A stretch of 49,592 nucleotides of DNA from Priapulus caudatus (taxonomy: Eukaryota): positions 53,992 through 103,583 of the forward strand of contig NW_014577062.1 in the NCBI RefSeq assembly GCF_000485595.1, written 5' to 3'. Under the pieces are notes generated by a model. The model was not told where the DNA came from, ran no database searches, and saw only the letters and a list, made by a program, of their open reading frames with translations. Shown piece by piece: positions 1 to 13,527 of this stretch. Both the position numbers and the translations under genes were made by a program. Position 1 is the first letter of the stretch, and each line of letters opens with the position of its first letter.

Positions 1-425
1 AGCGATTGAGAAACTGTTTTGTTTCCGCGGTGACCTACCATTTTTATGGCTTTATCGAAAGGACCATGAAATGTACTTTCCGCTGACATGCGAAGAGTAA
101 GTGTCGGATAACCTTTTGACCCTCAAGAAGAGGGTTAAACATTGATTTGTTGACTGTTAACAAAGGACAACTGCTTTTGCTATTATTAGAGCCCATACCT
201 GTGTGAATGTGAGGCTACAGTTGCACAGTTTAATTGCAAAGGCAAATGTTTGTTGAACAAGGTTTACGCTCCTTAAATCATTCTTTTCTAAAGCAGTCTG
301 TCTATAGCACCCTGAAGGCTGAATCAGTGAATGCTCGCGTGGGTAGGCAGAACACGGGGCAGCCCATGGCTGGCACGCTTCTAATCATAATTGTTGCCTG
401 CCAACCTGCAATGCACATGTGTTAA
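1..425 (+). mobile_element. Internal fragment of Helentron/DINE-1-like non-autonomous element (family A), cut by window edge
   Basis: 1-230 aligns by eye with 5621-5890 and 7309-7570. 1-425 is the reverse complement of about 48715-49150; ORFs 234..425(+) and 48695..48904(-) give the same peptide MQRQMFVEQGLRSLNH. Confidence 0.75.
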
Positions 426-738
426 CTCACAGCTGAGCGAAATTATCGCCTGCCTGAATATACTTACTTGGATTTTAGCCTGTAGGATTTCAGGAACTCC
501 CCAGGGTTGTAGAAGGGCGATGCCATCTTTGATTATTGATTACACTTGCACGCGCCATCTCGCGGCAACTATAGGCCTAGTTTAAATTAGATTTTATTCT
601 CATGTAACTTTGTTAAACGAATAAATAATAACTAGTACCATATAATATATATTTACTTTTCATCTTAAATCTTAACATATATCATGTAGCTATGGCCGTG
701 CGTATCCATTTACCAGTTATGCGAACATAAGCTGTTAC

Positions 739-778
739 CATAGAAATATTAGAGACACTATATATTATTATTTCTATG
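739..778. mobile_element. 40-bp micro-MITE, P-superfamily-like (CAT...ATG ends, 8-bp TSD)
   Basis: gctgttac|CATAGAAATA...TATTTCTATG|gctgttac: perfect 10-bp TIR and perfect 8-bp direct flank (731-738, 779-786). Confidence 0.75.
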
Positions 779-868
779 GCTGTTACACTCGGGCGCATAG
801 GAACGAAGTATTATTGAGGGGGCAGTAAAAGGCATCATCGCTGGTTTTTTTTTTAATTTATATAATTA

Positions 869-890
869 AGAGAGAGAGAAAGTCTAAGAT

Positions 891-942
<52 letters not shown>

Positions 943-1220
943 AAATTGAGACGGAGACAGGAAAACGGTGATACGGTGTGTATGCGAGCGGGAAACGGGG
1001 TACAATTAGGTCGTGCGAGATGGTTTGCAAGGGGATGGGAGGTGGGAGGCAGGGGGAGGGAGGTCGAAGGCAGGGGAGGGAGATGGGCAGTAAGGGGGTG
1101 GAAGTGAGAGGCAAGGGGAGTGAAGTGGGAGGCAGGGGGAGGGAGGTGAGAGGCAGGAGGGAGGGAGGTGGGACGCAGTGGGGAGGGAGGTGGGAGAGAA
1201 GGACCCCCCCCCGCCCCCTC
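869..1220. repeat. (GA)n microsatellite and G-rich purine low-complexity tract
   Basis: (GA)n at about 893-938; degenerate ggcaggggagggaggtg units at 1030-1200. Confidence 0.8.
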
Positions 1221-1649
1221 TAATTAAACTTGGAGATCCATGCTCATATGTTGAAATCTTTTATGTCAACGTCAATGTCATTCATTAACTTGTATTTGAA
1301 TTGTTATTATTGTTCTTGTTATTAGAATTAGCCCATAGAGATTAGGTGGGTGCGAAAGTGTAGCTAGCTGATATATTTGTTCGAATTGGCTACGAAAGTC
1401 GAACAAGAATAAAGAAGACTTATGTATAAGACGTCTTGCTATGCACAAATGAATTTATCAGCAGAACACCAGACACCAGATGAGCCCTGTCGCACTGCTG
1501 CACTTGTTTACTTTATATGTATGTTTTTTTCTTTTTGGCTCCTGTGGGGCAATACGTCTCTGTTACTTCGTTGCTTTGGTTTATATAACATGCTTTGCCA
1601 GCAAAAGCTACTCACTGAACATTACCTGGGTGAGGTTTTTAGGTTCACG

Positions 1650-1790
1650 CTTGCAAGATAAATCTATTTCTACAGTAGGTGTCGGTTTGAAGCAAAATAG
1701 AATAAAGTGCCTTGCTCAGTGGCACAACAGAAGTAGCTATAGGGGGACTTGAACCCCAGACCTTTCAGCCCGAAGTCAAGTGTGTACGCA
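1650..1790 (-). mobile_element. Degraded tRNA-derived SINE fragment
   Basis: The minus strand reads box-B-like GGTTCAAGTCC followed by gttgtgccactgagcaaggcacttt, resembling the conserved SINE core motif gtgtccttgggcaaggcactt. Confidence 0.55.
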
Positions 1791-1935
1791 TGTTGACACT
1801 TAACCATCTTATTTTTCATAATTTAGACAGCTGTAATGTAACTATTTCAATCATTAACTACGAGGTTAATAAGGCTGTTACCATTGTTGTTCATACTAGG
1901 AGTTTATCACTGTCTGCTCATCTATATCTAATGCA

Positions 1936-4168
1936 ATGGCGGAGAGTCGGTGCCCTCACGTGATAACAATCGGTGAGTGTACACCAGATGACGTCGTTAA
2001 GCAGCAACGCAAGAGGGCTTGTGATGCTTGCCCTGCAAGGGGACCCAACTTGTGGCTGTGCCTTTCCCGTGAATGTCTGTTTGTCGGCTGTGGTGAGAGT
2101 GCAGCAGATCACAGCTCAGCCCATCATCAGGTAACCATTCATCACTGGTTTAAGTTTGTGTTAGTTATTGCATGACCTGGTATCATGAACGTGTATAGAG
2201 GGATCTTTTTTAAAAGTTATCTGGCTGTACTTATCATATTCGTGCTGCCAGAGCCTGTAGAAATCTGCAGAATTGAATCAAGAATAAAGGACTTTTCTTG
2301 TACAAATGCACTTGATGTTGATATGGCTTACCTAATAACAGTTAACCGTTTTCACATCTATTTTATGTGTGCGGAAAGTAAATGCCGCGTAGGCCAGAAA
2401 AAATCGTTAACAGAATCGATTGAGTAACTGAAAGAAATGGTGTCACTATCATTAGCTGGTGATAATACTATAGAAAAACTTCAGTATACTTTATTTTCTT
2501 CTAATGTCAGACAGTATATAATGTGTCCCAAGAACATTAAAATGGCCTAGCATGGTATACATTTGCAGAAAGAAGGTCATGCACTCACACTTAACTTGGC
2601 AAGTCTGAGAGTGTGGTGCTACGTATGTGAGTGTGAAGTGTTCCTAGAAAGCAACACTCCTCCTGTTCAGCCAAGTTCTAGACAACCACAAGAAGCAGCT
2701 AATTTTAATGGTAGGTGGAGGTTATTTTATTGTACAGGGTACTTTATGGTCTCTGATGATTACACTCAAACTGTTTTGTTTCGCCGTAGTACTATTTTTT
2801 CGTAAAACGCTTGTAGGTGTATGCATCTTGGCACAGACACTAAGAAAGGCAATCACCTGTTATAATTACCAGTTGTGAGTTACAATAGCTGTTCACTATT
2901 TCTTTACAAAATTGATGTTCCAAAATGTAAGGCTTAAAAAAGGAATTAACGCCAGCGTCAAACCGCATTTCACATTGTAGTGCGGAAAGGTACAAATATT
3001 TAGTTTGACCTGAAAGTTGATTAAGCTTGCACTGTCTTTTCAGTGAAGCACTATGCTGATCAAGCGCTGTCACATGGAGATGATTCGGAATCGGAGGATT
3101 ACGACCACGATGAGAATATCAAGCCAAGAGGTAACATCATCTTGTTCGATGCGGGCAATTCTTGAATGTTCCTCTATACCTGAGAACATCAGTGATCTTT
3201 ACAAGAATCAGCGACAAAGAAGCAATAGAATGCTCCTCAGCGGTATAAAGATGTGAATAATTACCTTATTTGTTTCGTTTAATCCTACCTCGTTTTAATC
3301 TTGCTTTTTATGCATCTTAAACTCATGCTTGTTACATATGACGGTTTCTTTGCTAGGTCTCGTCGGTCTGCAGAATATTGGTAACACCTGTTACATGAAT
3401 GCAGCATTGCAAGCTTTGTCCAACTGGTGAGTAGTTAAGGTTGAGATGTAATCTGTAGTTGTTTGGTGCTGTGTGTGGTAGTTGTAATATGCATTGTAAC
3501 GTAGGAAATTACATCAAGGTTTGAATGAAATAATTTAGAGTAAAATAAATCAAAGGGTTCACGTAAAAGAAATATATTGTTTACAAATCAACAGGTCTAA
3601 ACGGTACACGCTACTCGCCGTCTCCCAGTCCAGTCTCCCACAAAGAGACAAAGAAAACGCGCACACGCGCTTAAGCGTGTGTGCTCACTCCCGCGATCAT
3701 CACCAGACTCCTGACTCCTACATCTCTCCACTCGATCTGCACCCCTATTTCACAATCACTCGTGAATCTGCCTAACCTAAACACGCTTATCTACTCGCAC
3801 ACTCAACCTAGTTATAAACTACATGCTAACTAACTGACTCTACCCAGCCCAAGCTATTTACAGCTAAATCTATTTACCATTACTAATGTATGTAAACATC
3901 TGTACATCACACACACGCACCTACCATTTATAATGTACATGCTAAATGACTGACTCTACCTTAGCCCAGACTATTTACAACATAAGTCTAACTACATTTA
4001 CTAATAAAATGTACCATCTGTAAAACCACATGTTACATTACCTCCCCCTTCTTCATAACGATGATCCATCATCGATTCAGCGCCTCGCTGATCTAAATTT
4101 CCTCTTTAACTGTACCTTCAAACCCCACCATATCTAACACACACACACCCACACAGCACACACACACA

Positions 4169-4199
<31 letters not shown>

Positions 4200-7100
4200 C
4201 ATCACACACAACCACACACACACACCGACACACACACACACAACAACACACCCAACACCAACATCACCACACCACACACACACACACACACACACACACA
4301 CCACACACCACACACATACAACACACTACACACCCACACACACACACACCACACACACACACACAACCACACACACACACACACACAACACACACCACAC
4401 ACACACACACACCATATTTCCCTGACATCAAAATAAAGTTTTGTCCGTCGTACCGTCGACCATACTAATACAATAACCCTTTCAATGAACACATAATTCA
4501 ACGTTACATTTTGGTGCCAGTGACAGTCAAAAACCTGGGTATTCCTTTGCGGACGCAACGTAAGGTACTCGATCCGTTATGTCGATCTACGGGCCATACT
4601 ACGCAAGGAAGATGGAGAAGGAAGAAGCCGCAGGAGGAGTCGCTGGGTACACCGTTGGCGAGAAAACTGGAGAGAGAGAAACGGAGAGCAGACGAGAGAG
4701 CAAGTGAGACGGAGGAAGAGAGAGAGAGAGAGAGAGAGAGATACGGGAACAGGAGCAAGAGTAGGAGAAACAAAGAACGAAGGTGAGCGATTGACAGAGA
4801 CGAAGAATGGCGGAGAGCGAGACGGGAGGAACAGAGCGAGACGCGGCAGCGAGAACGGTGGATACACACGGCGTAGGAACTACTGTGAGTAAGTAAGTCA
4901 GCGTGAAGGAAGAAAGGGCCGGTGTTGCATCCTTGATACTGCGACGGCAAGTCCGAGTCTCGACCTATGTGAGAGAGAGAGAGAGGAGAGCAGAACAGAG
5001 AAGGCAAGGCTGACAGAGCAGAGACAGAAGACGTGAAAGATATATTGCGAACTGTAATGGCATAAAAAAAAATATCCAGGGAATTCTCTTAGAAGTTAAT
5101 TGTGGAACGCTTAATCGTGGCCGTCGAAAATGGATGTGAAAGGGTGACCATCATCAGAATTGTGTATTTTTATCTGTTTTTAGCCATCAATCTGACATAG
5201 TCAGATGGCAGCTTGTAGAATCGCATTGATCGTCCGTCCCGTGTGCGTCGTCCGTCCCGGTCCGTCCCGGTCGTCCGATCAACAGTTGGCACAAATCTTA
5301 ACCGCTCGACGTACGGTCACGATATTCGGGGTCGTTGGGGTGGATCCGTCAAAACGAGTTGGGCTGTCGAAGCTGGGGTCAAAGGTCAAAGGTCAAAGAG
5401 TGTAAAAGAGGGGGAACATTCACCTCCTTTAACTAAGGATAGGAGAAATGCAGAATTGCGCACAAATCTAAACGCTCGTCGACCTAGGCTCGTGATAGCG
5501 TTGTTAATAGCATCATTGGTAGGAAAAGCCATCACTGTGCCGAAATTGAAGGTCAACAGGTCAAAGGTCAATGGGCACAGGGCAGATTTTAGACATTTTC
5601 TGAGGACATGGTCTGACGGCAGCGATTGAAAAACTTTTTTGTTTCACGGTGACCTAGCATTTTTATGGCATTATTGAAAGGACCATGAACTCTACTTTCT
5701 GCTGACATGCGAAGAGTAAGTGTCAGATAACCTTTTGACCCTCAGAGGAAGGGTTAAACACTGGATTTGTTGACTGTCTGTTAGAAGAAAGAATTTGACT
5801 GCCGGGTTTGCTAGTAGATCTATACATGCCGGATGTAATGAGGCTACAATGTCACAAGTGAAATTTCAAAAGCTAAATTGTTAAAGAAGGTTTATGCCCT
5901 TAAATTCGTATAATTTATATGGCATTCTGTAGTGTCAGTATGTTACATGTAACGTATACCACTGCCAGTGCTACTGCCAGTGCATGTGTTGTGGTACTGT
6001 GGAGTTTTTGCCTTAATTGGTTGCAGGTGCAGCTCTCTATTCGCGGCCAGCCTGTAGGCCTTGGGTAGGTAAAATGGATGAGTGCTTACCTATTCTGTCT
6101 TGCAGATAGTTGTTGCTTACTAGATAGATGGGAGCTTCCATCTTTAATAATGAAGACACTTAAACGTGACGCGCAATCTCGTGCAACTTTCATAAACGAT
6201 CCCAACGAACATTCTTTGAGAAGGTTCCTGATACCATCCCTGTGCATTCCACTGTTTCGGCGTGTATGTGAACACATTTGGACTAACAGGGTTTTACTAG
6301 AATCCATCACTCCACCACAGAGTCACGCGCAGTAGACGTTAGATGAGCGCTGTCGGCTATGCGGCACTGTGTTCTTTGTTTTATGTACGCGGATATTATT
6401 TCATGGTAGATGCTCGTGACCGTTTGTCTTTGTGTGGGAAAATCTTTCTGGGGGAAATGTGTGATCGTTTTCTTGAATTTGTCGTAACGGTACGTTTACG
6501 CTATATTGTAAGACTGCTAAACACATTTTTCAATTAGAGTTTGATAGGCCTAAAACATCTAATCGAAAATATGAAATCAGTTTTGCGTTTTTTTTTGGCT
6601 GTATGATGTGTGGAAGTGATAAAGGTTTGTAGTCCACATCGGTGCTGTGTTGTAATAATGGATTAAGAGGTTTAAATGAGTATGTAATGGAGCACATGGC
6701 TAAACGTGGTTTTGTAATGGCGTGTCGGTATATGCATACGCCACGTACGTTACAGCATAAAAAGACGCAAGAGTGAGAGTAATTGCAGCGATATCAAAAT
6801 GTTCACTGCCAAATGTGTTGAATTTCTGACTTGTATGGTGATCGAACTTATTGTTACTTGTTTTGTATAGAAAGCTTTATGCTTCATATGTATTTTTAGC
6901 TCATCTGACTTAGTCAGATGCAGCTTGTAGAATCGCATGATCGTGCGCGTCCGTCTGTGCGTGCGTGCGTTCGTCCCAACAGTTGGGCACAAATCTTAAC
7001 TGCTCGACGTACGGTCACGATATTCGGGACGTGGGGGGGTAATCCGAAAACGAGTTGGGATGTCGAAGCTGGGGGTCAAAGGTCAAATGTCAAGAGGTGT

Positions 7101-10100
7101 AAAAGAAGGGGTACATTCCTCCTTAACTTAAGCGTATAGGGAGGAAATGCAGAATTGCCGGCACAAATCTAAACGGCTTGACTAGGCTCGTGATAGTTGG
7201 TGTATAGCATCATGGTAGGAAAATCCATCACTGTGCTGAAATTTGAGGTCCAAGTCAATGGGGCACAGGCAGATTTTTAGACATTTTCTGAGCGACATGG
7301 TCTGACTGAGCGATTGGAAAACTTTTTTGCTTCAGCGTGACGCTAGCATTTTTATGGCTTTATTGAAAGGACCATGAAATGTACTTTCTGCTGACATGCG
7401 AAGAGTAAGTGTCGGATAACCTTTTGACCCTCAAGAGGAGGGTTAACACGGATTTGTTTACTGTTAGCAAGAATTTGACTGCTGCTGGTTTGCTAGTAGA
7501 ATCTATACATGCCTGGATGTATGAGGCTAACAATGTCACAGTGAAATTTCAAAGCATAATTTGGTTTGAGAAGGTTTATGCCCTCTCTATAATTTCTATG
7601 ACATTCTGTACTGTCAGTGTGTTACATGTAACTTATGCCACTGCCAGTGCATGTAGTGGTGATAGTACTGTGTAGTTTTTGCCTGCGTTAATTAGTTACA
7701 GGTGGCAGCTCTCTATTTTAGCCTGTAGGCTTGCGTAGGTAAATGGATGAGTGCTTACCTATTCTGTCTTGCAATAGTTGTTGCTACTACGTACGATTGG
7801 AGCTGTCCATCTTTAATCTTAAGACACTTAAACGTATGCCGCCATCTCGTTGCAACTTTCATAAGATCCCAACGAACATTCCTTTGAGAAGGTTCCTGAT
7901 ACCATCCCTGTGCCTTCCACTGTTTCGGCGCGTATGTGAACACATTGGGACTAACAGGGTTTACTAGAATCCCACCACTCACACAGAGTCACCGCAGTAG
8001 ACGTTAGATGAGCGCTGTCGCTCCGCGGCACTTGTTTAGGTTTAGGTTTAGGTTGAAGTGTAGATCAGTGGGGACGCTGAATCGATGACAGGGTAGTCAT
8101 TGTCTTGGGGAAGGGGGAGATAATGTAACATATGATTTACAGATGTTGCACGAATTAGTCAGCGGAGCTAGACTAGGGGTTGTTTTAGTGGTAGTCTATG
8201 TAGACAGAGCGTCGCGCATCTTGTGCGGCTAGATTGATGTTATAGGGAGAATGGTAAACGTGTTTTAGGTCGGGCGTTTCTAGGGTCATTGTGAAATGGA
8301 GGTAGGACGCGGTCTGGGAGAACGGGTAATATATAGGAGAGAGATGTAGGAGTGGGGAGTCTGGTTGTGGTCGTGGGAGAGGAAGCACACAACCATGCAC
8401 GTTTCTTTGTTCCTTTGTGCAAGATGGACACACTGTGTGTAAGATATTAAAGTTTATTCAGGTTACCACACAAGTTTGGATTTCTATATCATCGATATTT
8501 ATACATCGAACTCATAATTCAACGTTACAGCATAATGCATATCTAACTGTGAGTACGTGTTTACCTGATTAATCGTAAAAAACTTTTAGGTATGCCGTAA
8601 TGGTTGTGTGTGTGAGTGTGCATAAAATGTGTTAATTGCATACACAGTTATATCACTATGCCTATAAATATAACGTGTACATCTTTATCTGTTCATTTTA
8701 GCCAGCCACTCACTCGCTTCTTTGTTGACTGTGAGTCGTACGTGAGAAGTGAAACAAAACCAGCATTGTCAAAGAGTTACCAGAAGCTTATAGCAGAACT
8801 GTGGCACAGGAGGCGCCCTTCGTATGTAGTGCCATCAAGTATTTCTTATGGAATCAAAATAGTGCACCCAATGTTCAAAGGATACACCCAGCAGGTAGGT
8901 AATGGCTATTCTGCATTGCAGATGGGACATTTGGTTGATAGCTGCTATAGTCTGTGGTTTCACATGTGTTTGAGTTTGATTGGTAAGTGTGTGCAGTTGG
9001 ACCTAGTGGTGTGTTGATTGTGTCTAGCAGCTAGTTCGTTGCTGCTAAGGCCCACTGCTGGGGCTGTTTCTAAATTCAAGGGATTGCAAAGTTTCAAGTT
9101 GTTCAAGATGAAATTTGAGCAGATCATACACTTTTTCTCAAAGGATACACAAGAGTTCCTAAGATGCCTGATGGACCAGATGCATGAAGAGCTGAAGGAA
9201 CCATGTCTTCAACCAGCCACAGTGCACCATGAGCAGACACCTAAGCTACAGGCACAGGTAAGCTGCACCCAAGCTTCAACTAGGTTAGATTGCTCCTAAG
9301 ATCAATAGTTTAGAATTGTTTTGGTGCAGGCATCCCTCAATCTGCAAACTTCTTTCCAGCAAAGCTTTAATGATGTGCATCTCTTGTATGAAGGAAACGT
9401 AGGTGGTGAAATGATCTCGCTCCGTATCTGCATTTTTCTCTTCTTTTTTTTTCAAGGATGTGTACGGAATGTTGAGAAGCAGTGACTCGAGTTTGAGCAG
9501 CCAGTCGGAACCCGACTACGAGACTTGCGACTCGGGGGTGGAGGTGACGAGCAGCAGCAGTGGTGGCGCCCCCTTGACGAGAGCCCCTCCCACGGAGGAG
9601 GGCGAGCCGATTGACGTTGCCGAGAAAGACGCGGTCGAAATGACAGAGAAGGACTCCGGAATCCAGATTGGAGGAGGCGACGCCAAGGTGGAGGATGCCG
9701 TCAGTGACGGCGAGCCGGCGATCCGTCAGGAGGGCGAGGACGCTGAGAGAGGAAGCCGGTCGAGTGCGGGCGAGGACGTGGGAAGGGTGAAGGAGAGCAA
9801 GGAGCCGGGTGAAAACCGTGAGAGTGCTGGGGAAGACGAGTGCAGGAAGGAGCGCAAGGACACGGCGAACAAGCGGAGCCGCACGGCGGCAGGGGAGGGA
9901 CGGCGTAGCTGTGATTCTAGTCCCGTGTCGCGCGACTCCAGTCCTGTGCTCAGCTACCATTCTGCTGACACCCTGGAGTTCAGTGATGCACATACAGACA
10001 TCTTACCTGCTGCGCAGCACTGCTCTCCCAAAGGTGTCTATACAAACTGTACGACAAATATGTGAATGAATTAATAATGCATGAATAAATTAATAGTGAA

Positions 10101-13100
10101 TTAATAGTAAATTAATAGTGAATGAATGAATAGTGCAGTAGTGGTCTTATCATCAGATAACTAAATATGTGATCAGTAAATGCTTTCAGGGTTGACCAAA
10201 CTGTTCATTACTGCACGTGAAGTCAGAATAGTGTCAAACATGACATGGATCACTACTTTGCACCGTCTTTTGTTTGACAATGACATTGTGGTATCTTATA
10301 GCAGATGTGAAGGTACCATCATGTTGTGTAGGTAGGAAGTTGTCACCAGATAGCAGCACTGGCCCAGTCACTAAGTCTCCACGAATACGAAATCTTTCAC
10401 ACCCTGGCAAGCAAACACAGTCCTGCTCTGCAGAAGCCTCAGCAAACACCAGTATGTATTTAAGCACGGGTAAATTGGCTGCAGGGTGGTAACAAGAATA
10501 TTGCTGATAACCTAAAGGATTTTTTTTTATTAGATGATCCAGTAATGTTGGCAATTGTCTGATTAGCCTGAATGAGCTAAGAATCTTACTTATTGTTAGA
10601 GTGGCAATGTATAGTACATTAGTTTTGAATGGTTTGTGTGGCATGACTTTGAAGGTGTGCTAACCATTGTTGGGTGACCCATGCTGATTGCACATTTAGG
10701 TTTATTAGGCAAGAAGAAGCAAGTGTCATATCACAGCGTCATATCCGACATCTTCGATGGACAACTTCTGAGCTCTGTGAAATGTTTAACCTGTAACAGG
10801 GTAAGCAGCTTTACCTTTTTCTTTTCTTTTTATTATTATTATTCTCTATTGCATGTAATTCAGATACAAATACATGTACTGACGACGATAAAATAAATAG
10901 TGTTGAGTAGTTAAACTGATAAAATTTCTGACTGATACAGTACAATACAATGCTATGCAACATGAAGAAAAAAATATATACTAAAAAAAACTTCAGCATA
11001 TTCTGTACTAGTAAAGTGATTAAGACAACATGAAGAAAAAATAGATACCAGAAAAAAACCTTCAGCAAAGTCTGTACAAGTAAAGTGATTAAGGTACACT
11101 TTAACATCATTTTGACACTCATATATACACCATTATACCTTCTGTGGGTTGTGATCAGGCAGGATTGAGCCGTGCTAGTGTAAAACCTAAACATTTAAGA
11201 TGTTCTACAGTCAGTGTGAGAAAATGTGTTATGTCTTGTCAACATAGAAGCATTTATTATAGCACACAATGCTGGTTTAGTGAGCACTTAATGGAATTTC
11301 GTTTTAGCAGAGTTTGTCTTTACATTGGCCGATTCTTCTAATAAAGTAGGTCGGTGTTACTTTGTTCCTAAAGCTTCAAGCTTGATAGGACACTGTCAGT
11401 TTATGTTTATTGTGTAGCGTGATTGGTTTATGTTCACTTATGCTGAGTATGGGATGCCCCATGTACTCAGACCCCAAGTGTTCGGTGGCCAGTATAATGG
11501 TTTTCCTCTGCAGATATCTATGACAAGAGAGACATTCCAGGATCTGTCACTTCCCATTCCAACGAAGGAACATATTCACATGATGCGTGCCAATATAACA
11601 ACACCAGGTGTGAAGGGTGTGGTGCCCTGTGGGGACAGCTACACCAACCAGGGCTGGCTTTCATGGGCAGTTGGATGGCTAAAGAGGTACCCAATCGCTG
11701 CCCCCCTGTACAACACTGCAAGGTTCACACTGTGTATAGATCAGTTTTCACAAGATGCAATAAGTTCAGCTAATGCTACTGTAAAATGTGGATAGCTATT
11801 CTATCCACAGCCACGACAGCATACTGCGCAACAGCGACACTGTACTACCGCATGCTATACGACAGTGACTGAACAAGTGAACGTAGTTCGTCTCATCAGT
11901 TAACTTAATTTCTTTTTATGCTGACGATGTCATTGTCATGATAACATTAGGTCCCAATAGTGTTAGTTCTAATGCTGCTTACTATGATGTGGAATAAACA
12001 GATAAAACACGGAATAAACACGTAAATGTTGCAAAAACACGGAATAAACACGTAAATGTTGCAAAACAACGATAAAACGCACGGAGAGCCACGAATTATT
12101 ATGGACCAAGGTCTGGCCTTGCTGACTGGCATTGTGCTAGTTTGAATAATGCTAGATGCGGTCCTGTTTCCATTGCTTCTACAGTTGGTTCTGGGGTCCT
12201 ACGATTAAACTACATGACTGCCTGTCAGCATTCTTCTCTGATGATGAATTAAAGGGAGACAACATGTACAGCTGTGAGAAGTGTAAAAAGTAAGAGTTTC
12301 CACAGGGTCTTATACTGCAAAATATATTTTCTGTTTTGATGTGATTTCATCTGAGAGAAATGTTCCCACATATTTTAAAAAATCAGGTCTGCAATAATCA
12401 GGAAAGCATGTGTCTTGACTCCTTGGATTCTTTCTGATCCACCCCTGAATCATATATATATATATATATATAAACATATTTATATATATATATATAAGGT
12501 TAAAAATATTATCCATTGCGGAAATGAAACTTGCTTACTATATCCCGTTTGTCTCGCAATCCCATTGCGAGACAAACGGGATATAGTAAGCAAGTATATA
12601 TATATATATATATATCTATGTATACATTCTTCAGCGTCCCTGTTCCATGAAACGATGTTACCAAATGATATTGTGTCTTTTTGCAGGTTACGGAATGGTG
12701 TGAAATATTCCAAGGTCTTAGCCCTGCCTGAGGTAAAATATTTACTAGCATTTTTTTAGACGTAATCCATTCAGCATGTTTAGAGTGCGACTCATTTCAC
12801 TGAGAGTAGTTATGCATATTCACACGAGCTGCTTGATCTGACTAGGGTTGCATTCTCTCAGATACTCTGCATTCATCTGAAGCGGTTCCGCCATGAGACG
12901 ATGTTTTCTTCCAAAATCAACACCTACATTTCATTCCCGCTCACTGGCCTTGACATGAGTGATTTCCTGCACAAAGGTGACTATATAGAGTACCACTTGT
13001 TGCTCTCGTATCTGTAATACAAAAAGGTCAACCTGTATTATAAAAAGCACCTTGTGAGCTTAACCATAAGGAGCATTACTACAAGATTGTTTTACACTGT

Positions 13101-13495
13101 GGGCGTCTCTAAGGTGCGGTATTCGTGCAGTTTTTAACAAGAAATACTGGAGCTAACTACCAAGTGCAGCTTGTTACAGCCACCTTCCTTGAGTCCCCAT
13201 GGCATAAGTCGCTGCAATGTGCACCATTAATGATCAAACCAAAGTTTTTGGCAATCTTTAGATGGTGAACTTTGCACATCTTATGTTGTGTTAACAAAAG
13301 GCTCAGTGACAGTGACTGCATCAGAGTTGGGTTAATTGAAGTGTTGTCGTATAGTGCAATGACCTTTTGAACTGAATCTTGTCATTTTCTTTTTATAGAT
13401 GAATGCACAGCACAGGTGACAACGTATGACCTGGTCGCTGTCATCTGTCACCACGGAACAGCAGGAGGTATGATGCAGCCTAAAGTTCATATATG

Positions 13496-13527
<32 letters not shown>

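Noticed and set aside
234..425. Duplicated small gene (same peptide as ORF 48695..48904)
   Set aside because: Both ORFs lie inside copies of the same non-coding HINE repeat and diverge by frameshift
9367..9993. 208-aa minus-strand ORF
   Set aside because: Antisense shadow of GC-rich USP20/33 exon 7
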